Shown: positions 11,521 to 22,629 of the stretch, piece by piece
How the letters are laid out: each line of letters opens with the position of its first letter
Numbering within the stretch: position 1 is the stretch's first letter
Source: Octopus sinensis
Taxonomy: Eukaryota
DNA: 64,000 nt
Reading direction: 5' to 3'
Assembly (NCBI RefSeq): GCF_006345805.1
Contig: NC_042997.1
Coordinates: 193,750,001-193,814,000, forward strand
The notes under the pieces: generated by a model
What the model was told of the DNA's origin: nothing
Databases searched by the model: none
What the model saw: the letters and a program-made list of their open reading frames with translations, nothing else
Made by a program: the position numbers and the translations under genes

Positions 11521-12829
11521 ATTAGTTTTATTTGTTTTTGCGTTTATTTTTATTTTGCCTGTTTCACTTATTAGACGGCGGCAATGCTGGGGCACCACAT
11601 TCAGAGGTTTAGTCGAACAAATCGGCTCCAGTTCTTATTTTTTAGCTGGTACTTATTCTAGACGTCTGTTTTGCAGAACAACTAAAATACGGGTCCGTAA
11701 ACAAACTAACACCGCTTGTTAAAAAACGAAGGGGTGACAAATACAAGTACAAAGACACTCAGCACACACACACACACACACACGATGGGTTTCCACACAG
11801 TATCTGTATATGTATATCAAATTGAATCACAAGGCAGTGGACGGTTCGAGACTATAGTCGAAAACACTTGCTCAAGATACCGAGTAGCAGGACTGAAACC
11901 AAAATCACGTGTTTGCAAAGCGAGATTCTTAACTAAACACAATGCCTGCGCATGTCTATATATTTATTGTAAAAGAATGTAATATCTAGTAGATCTTCTT
12001 TTCAATGATTTAGTTAGAAGGACAGAGCTTCAGTCTTGTGAAGGAACAAAATAAAACCTCGGCTCACTGCCCAATGACTTCACAGACAATACATCAAGAT
12101 AACACGCAATTTCCAAACTTGAGATCTGTTCCAAATACTTTTTTAAAAGTGGTGCCTATATTTGATTTTTAATTTGAATTTTGCTACTTATAAGTGCTTC
12201 CATAATTAATCTTGTGTGTGCGTGTGTGTGTGTGTGTGTATGTATGAGTGTGTGTGTATGTGCGTGTGTGTGCGTGTGTATGTATGTGTGTGTGTATGTG
12301 TGTGTGTGTGTGTGCGCGTGTGTATGTATGTGTGTGTGTGTGTATGTGTGTGTGTGTGTATGTGTGTATGTGAAAAGAAAATCTATATATGAAATGTTTC
12401 TCTATTTTTGTTTCGTGTTCTGGATTGTAATATGCTGTAAAGATTCCTTTTCGGTATAAATTCGTGATCAGGTAATGTGAAAGTGCTGTACTTGTTACAA
12501 TAGGTTTCAAAGAAAAGATGGTTCCGCTGGACCATTTCCTTTAATTTATTCTAGGTAAAGGAATGTTCGGATTAGAAAAATGACTTCCAGAGAAATGAAT
12601 CACGCTGTGGTGATGGACTCTCTTTCTAGCGAGGAGATAGTACAACAATATACTTCGGCGTGGCTGTGTGGTTAAGAAGTTCGCTTCGTAACTTCGAGTT
12701 CCAGGTTCAGTCCCATCACGAGATACTTTTGTCGAGTGTCTTCTACCTTAACATCACGTAGACCAAAGTTTTGTGAGTGAAATTTGGTAAATGAAGACTG
12801 AAGGGCAATTTCTGTTTTTGGAAGGTAGA

Positions 12830-13609
12830 TTTAATCCGTCGCTCGGTTCAGCCTCTTTAGGGGAGTCGAGCTTGGTTTCTGGTGCGCAGTGACCTTTCTA
12901 TCTTTCTCCCACCGTTCTGCACGCACTCGTGCAGTGTCCAACCATTTCGGACCTGTAGGCTTATGCTGAACGGTTGCTGTCACGTGTGGGACGAGTCCGC
13001 CTGTCGGCCGAGTCTATCGTGAAAATTGCTCCGCCCCCTTCCCTCAACCGGGAAGGCAAGGCAGTTTTCATCGTACTGGTGGCCATGGTGAAAGAATGTA
13101 TGTGGTGGACTCGAGCGAAAAGATTAGAGACTTATGTCACACTTATGTCTCTGGCCAATCGCTCATCAACTTTTTCAAGTATCACTTGAAAAGGAAGGTG
13201 AAAATAGAGAAGCAAGTTTTGTCTCGTGAAAGCTTAAAAAAAAAGGTGGGTGAATGTAACAAAGATGGTGCGTGCGAGTGACGAAACCACTTTGAGCATG
13301 ATCCTGTAAATCGTAAAAGAAAGAGAGCACTTTCGCTTTCATGTATTTATTTTCTCCTGCCTGAGGTTACCGTAGTCTCTTCTGTAGGCTTTTCTTTCCA
13401 CGGATGAACCTAATCTTGTTTCTTACTTGAAAAAAAATTCTTTCTGTGATACACGATCCCTTTTGATCGCCTTTTTTTCCCGATCCCTTTTAATCGGAAT
13501 TTTACATTTGTTTCCTTTTTTTCCTTTTTCTTTTTCCATCTTCGAAAAGAAAAGCTCTACATTTGTATTTGTCCCCTCTGTATTCAACCCTGTGTGGCCA
13601 ATAAAGAAA
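12830..13609 (+). mobile_element. Tx1/L1-clade LINE 3' fragment: ORF2 C-terminus (CCHC zinc finger relic) and 3' UTR
   Basis: Frameshifted translation ..TVLHALVQCPTISDL*AYAERLLSRVGRVRLSAESIVKIAPP..AMVKECMWWTR..FFKYHLKRKVKIEK..RWVNVTKMV..MIL*, stop at 13307-13309; the UTR ends ..CCCTGTGTGGCCAATAAAGAAA. Confidence 0.75.
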
Positions 13610-15150
13610 GTTATCCTCCTCCCACCAATAAGCAAGGTCGAGAGAAGGGTCTGGTTAATTAAAAAAAAAGTATTTAATGCTAATCTCCGAAGACATAAGG
13701 ATGATGGATTAGCAGAATACTTGGAGCATCGTCTTGCGGTATTTAGTAACGCTTCTGTATGTTATGAGTTCAAATCCCGCTAAGGTCAACTTTGTCTTTC
13801 ACATTCCAGAGCCAATAAAATAAAGTACTTTTTAAGAACTGAGATTGATATAATCGACAATATCCTTTCCTACAAAATCTATGGCTTGCGCCAACCAAGT
13901 AATCGATCTAAGACATTAAGTTACGGCCCTTGATGGCAATATACAAGATCATAGAGTGTTACAGGACATTTACAGTTATGGGCGTTATTGGTAATCTACA
14001 AAGATATTAATAGTTAGGAGTTTTTGCGAGAATCGTGTAGGGCTTTAAGTGTTATGCATCATAACGACAATATACTGGAGCTTCTACCTTTACGAGCCTT
14101 AATGTTCTAGTATATGAACAATTAGGAGGCTTAATGATAAGCTACAAGGCTATAAGTAGTTATATATCTTAAGGTGGGGTATGTTAAGATATTAATAGCA
14201 TTTTTTTTTGTTGTCTTTTCATTTGTTGGGCTTTGAGGAAGAGATGATCTTAGACTTTATAGGTTGTCCGAGACGGGCGGGATTCATTTTGTTAATGTTA
14301 AATTTCCGCTTAAACTGTTAAATACAATAATATACTTTATGCTTATCTGATAACTACAAATTGGTTTCGTAAAACAAAACACCATATTTGATGGCATATA
14401 AAACAATTTCTTTTTTAATATCTCAAAAAATTCTCTTGGGCCCTGTGTGTGAAGTTGGGCCTCCCATACGTTTTAATGCCAGAAAAGCACTTTTCCTGAA
14501 TATACGCTTTTGAAATGAGGCGTAGGTAATTAAAATTTTATCTGTTGATGGTTATTTGTCATTGCTGTTTACACAACAGAAATCGGTGCTTTATCTTTCT
14601 CAAATATATTCCTCAGAGTAAATAACTTCACATCATTGAGGAGAAAAGAAAAACAAATATAACAGCAAGAATTATAAGATTTAGTGATATAAAGATATTA
14701 AGGTGGAAGATACAAAGATGCTAAAACAAAGCATAGCTCGTTGGATACAAAGATACTAAAGCGGTCGACTTGAAAATCGCCAGAGTCCAGTAACATAGCT
14801 AGGAGTGAGAGGTGAAGGGCTGGCCCACTCCGAGCGATGCTCTTATGGAGCAGCACTTTTGGGTTTGCTTATATCAGGTAGGGGGCCAAACTCAAAGGCT
14901 GCTCCGGGTGGTACACACTCCAGCTATGCCGCTATCAGTGCTGTTGTTTGTCCCGGCTCTTTATGCTCTGAATCCCCATCTTGCTGAGGTTGACTTCACT
15001 TTGAATTTTTTAAATGTTAGGATCGATAAAAATAAAATGATATTCAAATTCTGAGGTCTAATTTAACTAATTGCTGACGGGCTTACATGCGGTTTGTTAA
15101 GGATACAATAGAATCCAAATCTCCTTCCCCCAAATTGTGCTACTCTAAAG

Positions 15151-15458
15151 AAAAAACTGGCACTCTGCCGGTTACGACGACAAGAGTTCCGGTTAATCCG
15201 ATTAATGGAACAGCTGTCTCGTGAAATTAAGGGATATGAGAAACATTGACGTAGATCTCGGGCAGATTCAGCGTGACACAGAATGTGGCAAGGTTGGCCC
15301 TTTGAAACGCAGGTACTACTCCTATTTTGCCAGCTGAGTGAACTGGAGCAACGTGAATTAAAGTATCTTGCTGAAAGACACAACGCATTGCTGGGTATTG
15401 AACTCATGACCTTACGATCGTGAGACGGATACCCTAACCACTAAGCCATACACCTTCA
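15151..15458 (-). mobile_element. SINE D (tRNA head + CORE-like domain, distinct 3' half)
   Basis: Head shared with SINE C; body ..TTCAAAGGGCCAACCTTGCCACATTCTGTGTCACGCTG.. is homologous to the other D copies. Confidence 0.8.
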
Positions 15459-15569
15459 CTAAAAAGACAAATGAAATGACATTGATGTCAGTACAAGTTC
15501 ATTACTGTCAACTCGATGTTGTCTGTTTACAACACCCTGTAGCACAACCAGCAAAACATGCGCACAGCG

Positions 15570-15660
15570 CACTCGCTCATTCAAGCATTCGCTCATTCAA
15601 GCATTCGCTCATTCTAGCATTCGTTCATTCTAACATTCGTTCACTCTAGCATTCACTCAC
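15570..15660. repeat. 16-bp minisatellite (CATTCGCTCATTCAAG)x~5.5
   Basis: Direct reading. Confidence 0.85.
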
Positions 15661-16014
15661 ACATGCACATGCACTCCTTCTTAAAAGCGGACACCATTAA
15701 GAAGAGATATTTCAGAAGGCAAAAAAAAAAAAGAAAAAGGCAGAACAGAAAGGAAAGTATTCCAGAAAGACACAAAATCAAAATCGCAAAATGCCAGGTT
15801 TATCTCTAAAAAATTCAGATATCCATTACAGAATTCCCATGTCATGACATTAAATAAGGATGGAGTATCAAATTATCGCAAACTAGTCTGATAACATTGT
15901 TTAGAACGCCATACTGCCATATTGGGATTTGTTTACAATATCATAACAAAATGGGCTTTACGTCTAATACTCTGTACTAAGTTGTTACGAACTGATGCCA
16001 TGTGATAAGATAGC

Positions 16015-16067
16015 TCTCTCTCTCTCTTTCTATCTCTCTATCTCTATCTCTCTCTCTAGCTCTCTAT

Positions 16068-16158
<91 letters not shown>

Positions 16159-16534
16159 CCTATCTATCTCTATCTTTATCTCTATCTCTCTTTCGCTATT
16201 TGTATGTGTATACATATACACACATATATATACAATATTATACATATATGTCTGTGTATATATAACTTTACGTGTAAAATACGAATATATATAACTATAT
16301 ATTATTGCACCTATATTATTGAATATGTATGTATGTATATGTGTATATATGTATGTACGTATGTATGTATGTATGTATGTGTATATATATGTATGTACGT
16401 ACGTACGTAAGTATGTATGTATGTATGTTATGTATGTATGTATGTATGTATGTATGTATGTATGTATGGATGGATGGATGGATGGATGGATAGATGTGTG
16501 TATATATGTATGTACGTATGTATGTATGTATATG

Positions 16535-16566
<32 letters not shown>

Positions 16567-16850
16567 GATGGATGGATGGATGGATGGATGTGTGTATGTA
16601 TATATGTATGTACGTATGTATGTATGTGTGTCTATGTACGTACATACGTATGTATGTATGTATGTATGAATGTATGTGTGTGTGTATATATGTATGTACG
16701 TATGTATGTATGTATGTGTGTCTATGTATGTACGTACGTATGTATGTATGTATGTATGTGTGTATGTATGTATGTATGTATGTATGTATGTATGTATGTA
16801 TGTATGTATGTATGTATGTATGTATGTATGTATGTATGTATGTATGTACG
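16015..16850. repeat. (TC)n/(TCTA)n/(TATG)n/(TGGA)n microsatellite field
   Basis: Direct reading. Confidence 0.95.
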
Positions 16851-16979
16851 TATAGAAAGTGTGCGCATGTCAGTGTGAGAGATTGATTGAGAGAGAAATG
16901 AGGTTGTCAGTACAAACGAGGGGAAAATACCTAAGACCATGAGAGTGTATATTAAATATATACACTTTTATGTAAATCA

Positions 16980-17850
16980 ACGGCCGAGACTTTCGAGCAT
17001 TATATAAGACTTTGCTAAGTGTAAGCATGAAATTCTAGACCCTTGAATCATTCATGTAACTTAAGAGCATGATAATAGATATTTAGTGGTCGGAAAGGTG
17101 AGAAGGAAAGAGAGAGAGACAGAAAATGAGAGAGAGTCTCTGTTAGGTGTTTATAATGAACTAGCAGTATCGCCCGGCGTTGCTCGGGTTTTTAAGGGAA
17201 ATAACTATATAAGCATTTTAGAGAGTTATAGCCAAAAAATAGCAAAAAAAATGCATTAAAAATGGAAAAAAAATTATGGTAAATTTTTTTTTAAATCGTT
17301 GACTCATCGTAGACATTTTTAGAGAGTTACTTCCCTTATATAATAGCGAAAAAATGCATTAAAATGGAAAAAATGATGGTAATTTTTTTAAAATCGTAGA
17401 CTCATCGTAGACGCGCGCTAATACCCAGAAGGGCTCGATATGAATCACGACTATAAGATACCCGGTTTTGGTTAAACTGCACCGCAAAATGTGGGAGTAG
17501 TTAGGAATCTAAATCGTAGGAGACAGACACACAAGTTCTCTTTTATATATAAAGATTTGTAGGAGCCTGATGTTAGACTCAAGAATGTGTCCAGAATGTT
17601 AGCAGAAATCAGTTTGGCGTGTATTATAATTTTCAGGCTAATCATTTTGAAAGAAGCTATTAATTATCCATGATGCATCAGCAGAGCTCGTTATCCAGCT
17701 CTACGAAAATCAATCTCCTGGTCGTCGTTGCAGTTTCGCTCTAGTATTGCTGCGTAAATAGTCTAGTTCCCTTAGGAGGAATAAGATCACGAATAGACTC
17801 ACTTTTGCGCCGTCGTAGCTACCCATAGGAATTTTTAAAGGTTCTTTACG
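16980..17850 (-). pseudogene. Penelope-like retroelement reverse transcriptase relic, interrupted by a Helitron
   Basis: Minus-strand PMGSYDGAKVSLFVILFLL matches the MGSYDGAEVCELVGLFLL motif; a degenerate YRDD-like site (CNDD) and NILDTFLSL (FLDVTLNL-like) follow; the frame continues past the Helitron as GSYKFHYK and LYNARKS. Confidence 0.6.
17161..17555 (-). mobile_element. Non-autonomous Helitron
   Basis: Minus strand: A|TCTTTATATATAAAAGAG.. 5' end, subterminal hairpin CCCGAGCAACGCCGGGCG, ..CTGCTAG|T 3' end; inserted between A and T without a TSD; internal ~100-bp direct repeat. Confidence 0.85.
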
Positions 17851-18037
17851 CGAATAAATCACAAAGATAACGTCATCAATACAAAAATAATCGAAATGTT
17901 AGCCAATTAAGCCTGCATCAAAAAAATACACTTCATCTTAAAAAAACGAAGTCCTCTATGAAACAAATTATGTGGGTAAAACGTCATTAACGAGTGAACT
18001 AAAACTATATATATACACATGTATATATATATATATA

Positions 18038-18270
18038 AAGGCGGCGAGCTGGCAGAAACGTTAGCGCGCCGGGCGAAATGCTTAGCGGTATTTCGTCTGT
18101 CGTTACGTTGTGAGTTCAAATTCCGCCGAGGTCGACTTTGCCTTTCATCCTTTCGGGGTCGATAAATTAAGTACCAGTTACGCACTGGGGTCGATGTAAT
18201 CGACTTAATCCCTTTGTCTGTCCTTGTTTGTCCCCTCTGTGTTTAGCCCCTTGTGGGTAGTAAAGAAATA
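18038..18270 (+). mobile_element. SINE A full length, inserted in (TA)n
   Basis: Near-consensus head, B box and tail. Confidence 0.92.
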
Positions 18271-18427
18271 TATATATATACACGTGTGTGTGTGCGTGTG
18301 TGCGTACGTGTATGTATATGTGTACATGTGTACATATGCAGATTCTATTAACGAAGTTTTACTTTTCCCACGCCTATTGGAGTAATTTCCCTTTATTCAA
18401 CGGTTTTTTTTTTCATGGCGCTTTTGT

Positions 18428-18501
18428 TTGTCTTAATAACTGATGAGATGCCGGAGCAGACTTCAGCCGCGGATCCGAAACTCTGAGTTTTATTATGACA
18501 A
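18428..18501 (+). ncRNA. Type I hammerhead ribozyme motif
   Basis: Stem I 18428-18439/18490-18501 (one mismatch), CTGATGA 18440-18446, imperfect stem II closed by G18447-C18476, GAAA 18477-18480, stem III ACTC-T-GAGT, cleavage triplet GUU. Confidence 0.75.
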
Positions 18502-18537
18502 CCAACTAATTGTCACATAATATATATAGATATATAT

Positions 18538-18591
<54 letters not shown>

Positions 18592-18596
18592 ATATA

Positions 18597-18826
18597 CTCT
18601 TTTACTTGTTTCAGTCATTTGACTACGACCATGCTGGAGCGCCGCCTTTAGTCGAGCAAATCGACCCCAGGACTTATTCTTTGTAAGCCTAGTACACCGA
18701 TAGAATAAGTACTAGGCTTACAAAGAATAAGTCCTGGGGTCGATTTGCTCGACTAAAGGCGGTGCTCCAGCATGTCCGCAGTCAAAATGACTAAAACAAG
18801 TAAAAGAGTAAAAGAGTAAAAGAGAG
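18597..18826. mobile_element. Two SINE B tails in inverted orientation (~100-bp arms, 13-nt spacer)
   Basis: 18597-18695 is the reverse complement of ~18709-18808. Confidence 0.85.
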
Positions 18827-19316
18827 TACACTTCAGGAAAGGAGAAATCTAATAAAAATATTTCCATTCAGTGTTATTACAATTTAATCAATGTTATCGC
18901 AATTTGATAAAACTTCGAAAGAGGTGTCTATATTTAAAGCGGTACCTATACAAGTCAAATATTTATACAGATTTTTCCTTTCCTGAAATGTGTATATATA
19001 TTTTTTGGCGGACTCTGTGTATGTATATGCCTACACACACAGGAAGATAAAAAGGGGATGGTGCGAGAAAGAGACAAAGAGAGTGGAGGACAGAAGGAGA
19101 CAATGCCCCACCTAAATTGATTTTTATGACTTTCTGAAAGTTACATATATTTTTGATAAAATCTTGCATTTTTAAAATGAAATTTCGACGAAGTAGATTG
19201 CCATTATGTTGATAAAATTTTGAAAAATAATTACAGATATTTATTGCAAATATATCAACGAGAAATTTGCTTTATCTAATTCAGGGCAATAAATAGTTTT
19301 CTTTTGAAATTTAATA

Positions 19317-19473
19317 GGCTGTGTGGTAAGTAGCTTGCTTAACAACCACATGGTTCCGAGTTCAGTCCCACTGCATCGCACCTTGGGCAAGTGTCTTCTA
19401 CTTTAGCCTCGGGTTGATCAAACCAAAGCCTTGTGAGTGGATTTGGTAGACGGAAACTGAAAGAAGCCCGTCG

Positions 19474-19507
<34 letters not shown>

Positions 19508-19768
19508 TGTATGTATGTATGTATGTATGTATGTATGTATGTATGTATGTATGTGTGTGTATATGTTTGTGTGTCTGTGTTTGTCACACCAACATCGCTT
19601 GACAACCGATGCTGGTGTGTTTACGTTGTAGTAACTTAGCGGTTCGGCAAAAGAGACCGATAGAATAAGTACTAGGCTTACAAAGAATAAGTCCTGGGGT
19701 CGATTTGCTCGACTAAAGGCGGTGCTCCAGCATGGCCACCGTCAAATGACTGAAACAAGTAAAAGAGT
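19317..19768 (+). mobile_element. SINE B full length
   Basis: All B diagnostic segments, with an internal (TATG)n. Confidence 0.92.
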
Positions 19769-20084
19769 ACTCATCATTTTATATAAGCACCTAGAAATTT
19801 GATAAAAGGTAAATTATGGTAATTTTAAGTATGGATATTTCTTGATATTATCAGCAGCAAGAAAATACTAGGGATACAGTGTTGCATATTTCAATGAGAT
19901 CTCTCTGTGATGCTGTTCATACTTTCAGTAAACACTCGAGTGGGGTTTTTTTTTGGGGGGGGGTCATTTTCGGAAATCTTGAGGATATGCGATTGACCCA
20001 CAGAATGGCAGAAACACCAGCATAGTTCATTGTTTTGTGTGTGTGTGTGTGTGTGGATAATCTTAAAATATATGCCAAAAATGA

Positions 20085-20496
20085 ATGGGTGTGTGGTAAG
20101 ACGTTTATTTCCTAACCATATTGTTTCGGTTCAGTCATACTACATGGCACATTGAGCGAGTGTCTTCTAATGTAGCCTCCAGTTATCCAAAGTCTTGTGA
20201 GGGATTTGGTAGACAGAAACTAAAAGAAGCCCGTCATATATATAAATATATAGGGAGAATTCACACAAAAAAAAAACAAAAGACGAAGACAGGTGGTGTA
20301 GACAACAGACAGATGTATTAGTATAACGCTCGGGAAGTGAAAAAGTCTTTAACGTTTCGAGCCTACGCTCTTCCACAGAAAGGAACACAGAAAGAAACAA
20401 GGAGAGAAAATAGAGAAAATAAATAAATAAATAAATATGTATATATATATATATATATATTATATTAAATTAGAGATAAAACCACTAATATTTTAT

Positions 20497-20528
<32 letters not shown>

Positions 20529-20532
20529 ATTA

Positions 20533-20564
<32 letters not shown>

Positions 20565-20775
20565 GAGTGTGTGTCTTTGTGTCTGTGTTTGTCCCCTCCA
20601 CCGCTTGACAACTGGTGTTGGTGTGTTTAGGTCCTCGTTACTGAGTGGCTCAGTGAAAGAGACCGATAGAATAAGTATCAAGCTTAAAACAATAAGTACT
20701 GTGGCCGATTCTTTTGACTAAATTTCTTCAAGGCGGTGCTCCAGCATGACCGCAGCCTAATGACTGAAACAAATA
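20085..20775 (+). mobile_element. Older SINE B with a ~170-bp element inserted in its internal (TA)n
   Basis: B head at 20085-20240, B tail at ~20570-20775. Confidence 0.75.
20252..20420 (-). mobile_element. Short (TA)n-embedded element with a hammerhead-like motif (Penelope pLTR/retrozyme-like)
   Basis: Minus strand CTTT-CTGTGGA-A-GAGC-GTAG-GCTC-GAAACGTT-AAAG at 20382-20347; ends ..GAATTCTCCCTATATA. Confidence 0.5.
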
Positions 20776-20789
20776 AAAGGTAACAGATA

Positions 20790-21690
20790 TGGAAAAAAAA
20801 CTTTGGCCAAGTTACGACCTCCTCAGAAAAAAAGGGATGAATTTTGGCCAGGATAATGTTCTGATATGGCTATCAAATGAGAAAGAACTGCAAGATTATC
20901 TTGTAATGTTACAATCAATGGCGTATTTCTTCGGTAAATGACGAGAAATGCAACAAGTATTTAAGAATACATGAAAATATTCCCCATGAAGGAGTGTGAA
21001 ATAGAGAATTTAATACCAGGATAGAGAAAGTATGGTCCTCTGAACTTCCTGCATGCAATAAATCTAAAGCTTACGGCGTGCATGCTGTACCTGTGCTTAT
21101 ACCAGTAGTTGAACTGTTCGATTAGATGTTAGATGAGATCTGAGCTATTGATGTTAAAACCCGAAAATTGTTAACCTGTATGAGTAACTTCCACATCAAC
21201 AGTAATGCCGACTGCCTTTTCTTAACGCAAAGGCAAAGCAGCAAAATCTTAACAGCGATCCAAGCAATCTTCGAATGACGCATCATATCCTCTCGACGAT
21301 ATAAAATAAAATAAATAAATGCACCCTTTTAAAGACTAGCTCATGGACCCGGTTTCCTGGTTTCAATGGCGTATGTGCTCCGCAGCTGGACGGGACGCCA
21401 GTCCATCACAGCGTTACTAATTTTTGCCAGTTGAGTGGACTGGAGCAACGTGAAATGAAGTGTTTTGCTCAAGAACACAACGCATCACCCGGTCCAGGAA
21501 TCGAAACCACAATCTTACGATCATGACACCCTAACCACTAAGCCACGCGCCTCCACCTCGACGATATCTACTGACCAACGAATGTCGAAGTCCTGCTATG
21601 AGCCAAATTTGCATACGAGAAGAAATAGAAAAAAAGCTTCTCATAAAATATTCTCTAACTATTCTGTAGGATATGCTCACAGAGAAGTTA
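20790..21690 (+). pseudogene. R4/Dong-like non-LTR RT/thumb relic, interrupted by SINE C
   Basis: Translation ..RIEKVWSSELPACNKSKAYGVHAVPVLIP..DEI*AIDVKTRKLLTCMSNFHINSNADCLFL.. matches the S-L-x-x-x-NK..A.N..AVPVL..W..D.KTRK.L..H..D.LY pattern of R4-clade ORFs. Confidence 0.65.
21303..21556 (-). mobile_element. SINE C full length
   Basis: 11-bp TSD CTCGACGATAT (21292-21302, 21557-21567). Confidence 0.9.
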
Positions 21691-21850
21691 TATAATTCCA
21701 TTGCAGCAGGTCACACAAACATGCGCACTTTCATAAAAGATTGACCTGTTTCTTGTCTAAGTTCCAAGGGAAGTTTAGTTTAAAGGCGTGAAAAGAGCTC
21801 TTTCAGTATTGGTGGGAAATCCGAAAAATATAACCAGGAACACACCCAAG

Positions 21851-21895
<45 letters not shown>

Positions 21896-22055
21896 ACACA
21901 CACACACACACCACGCGCGCTCGCGCGCGTGTGTGTGTAAGAATAATAGAAAATAGATTAAGCACAACGCTTTATTGGATCCCACGACAATTGTTTCAAC
22001 TTTAATTCCCCCCAAAAAAACATTATTAAGCATTATTATAAAATATAAATTATTA

Positions 22056-22418
22056 TCTCTCTGTATATAAACGGCAAAATGTCTGTGTGTGTATCCTTTA
22101 TACAAATCCACACTTTTTCAGTTAGAGGGCTTGCACTTTCTATGGTCATTCAAAACCGTCCAAGGGTGGTCGTGCACATCTTTACATTTCCCCAGTCACC
22201 CCGCAAAGCCATTAAAAATCAATATAAGTGACATTTTTGTGAATTTTCTATCCAAAACCCAATCAAAATGCCCGAAACCTGATACACCAATTGAATGCCA
22301 GCTAGCTGTATGTGATTGGTCGAAAATTTGGACAGTACTCGCGTGTATGTGCGCACGCACGCAGCTGTATATGCATGCACAAGCACTATAACCCGGCGTT
22401 GCCGGGTCATAGTGCTAG
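22056..22418 (+). mobile_element. Non-autonomous Helitron (second family)
   Basis: A|TCTCTCTGTATATAAA 5' end; 3' end AGCACTAT-A-ACCCGG-CGTTG-CCGGGT-C-ATAGTGCT-AG|T, a long hairpin ending in CTAG. Confidence 0.85.
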
Positions 22419-22593
22419 TAAAATATAAATTTACACATACAATTATTTCAGCGTTGAAGTAGCAATAGAAGATTACTGACGCACGTATAGATGCTGGCAT
22501 ATATGCATAAAAGCATACATATATATGTATGCATACACGGATATCAGAATATAGAAACGAGAGATAAAAACATCTCTCTCTCATAAATTCTCT

Positions 22594-22629
<36 letters not shown>

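Noticed and set aside
13900-14320. Possible further Penelope RT relic on the minus strand
   Set aside because: The similarity is too degraded to support a call.
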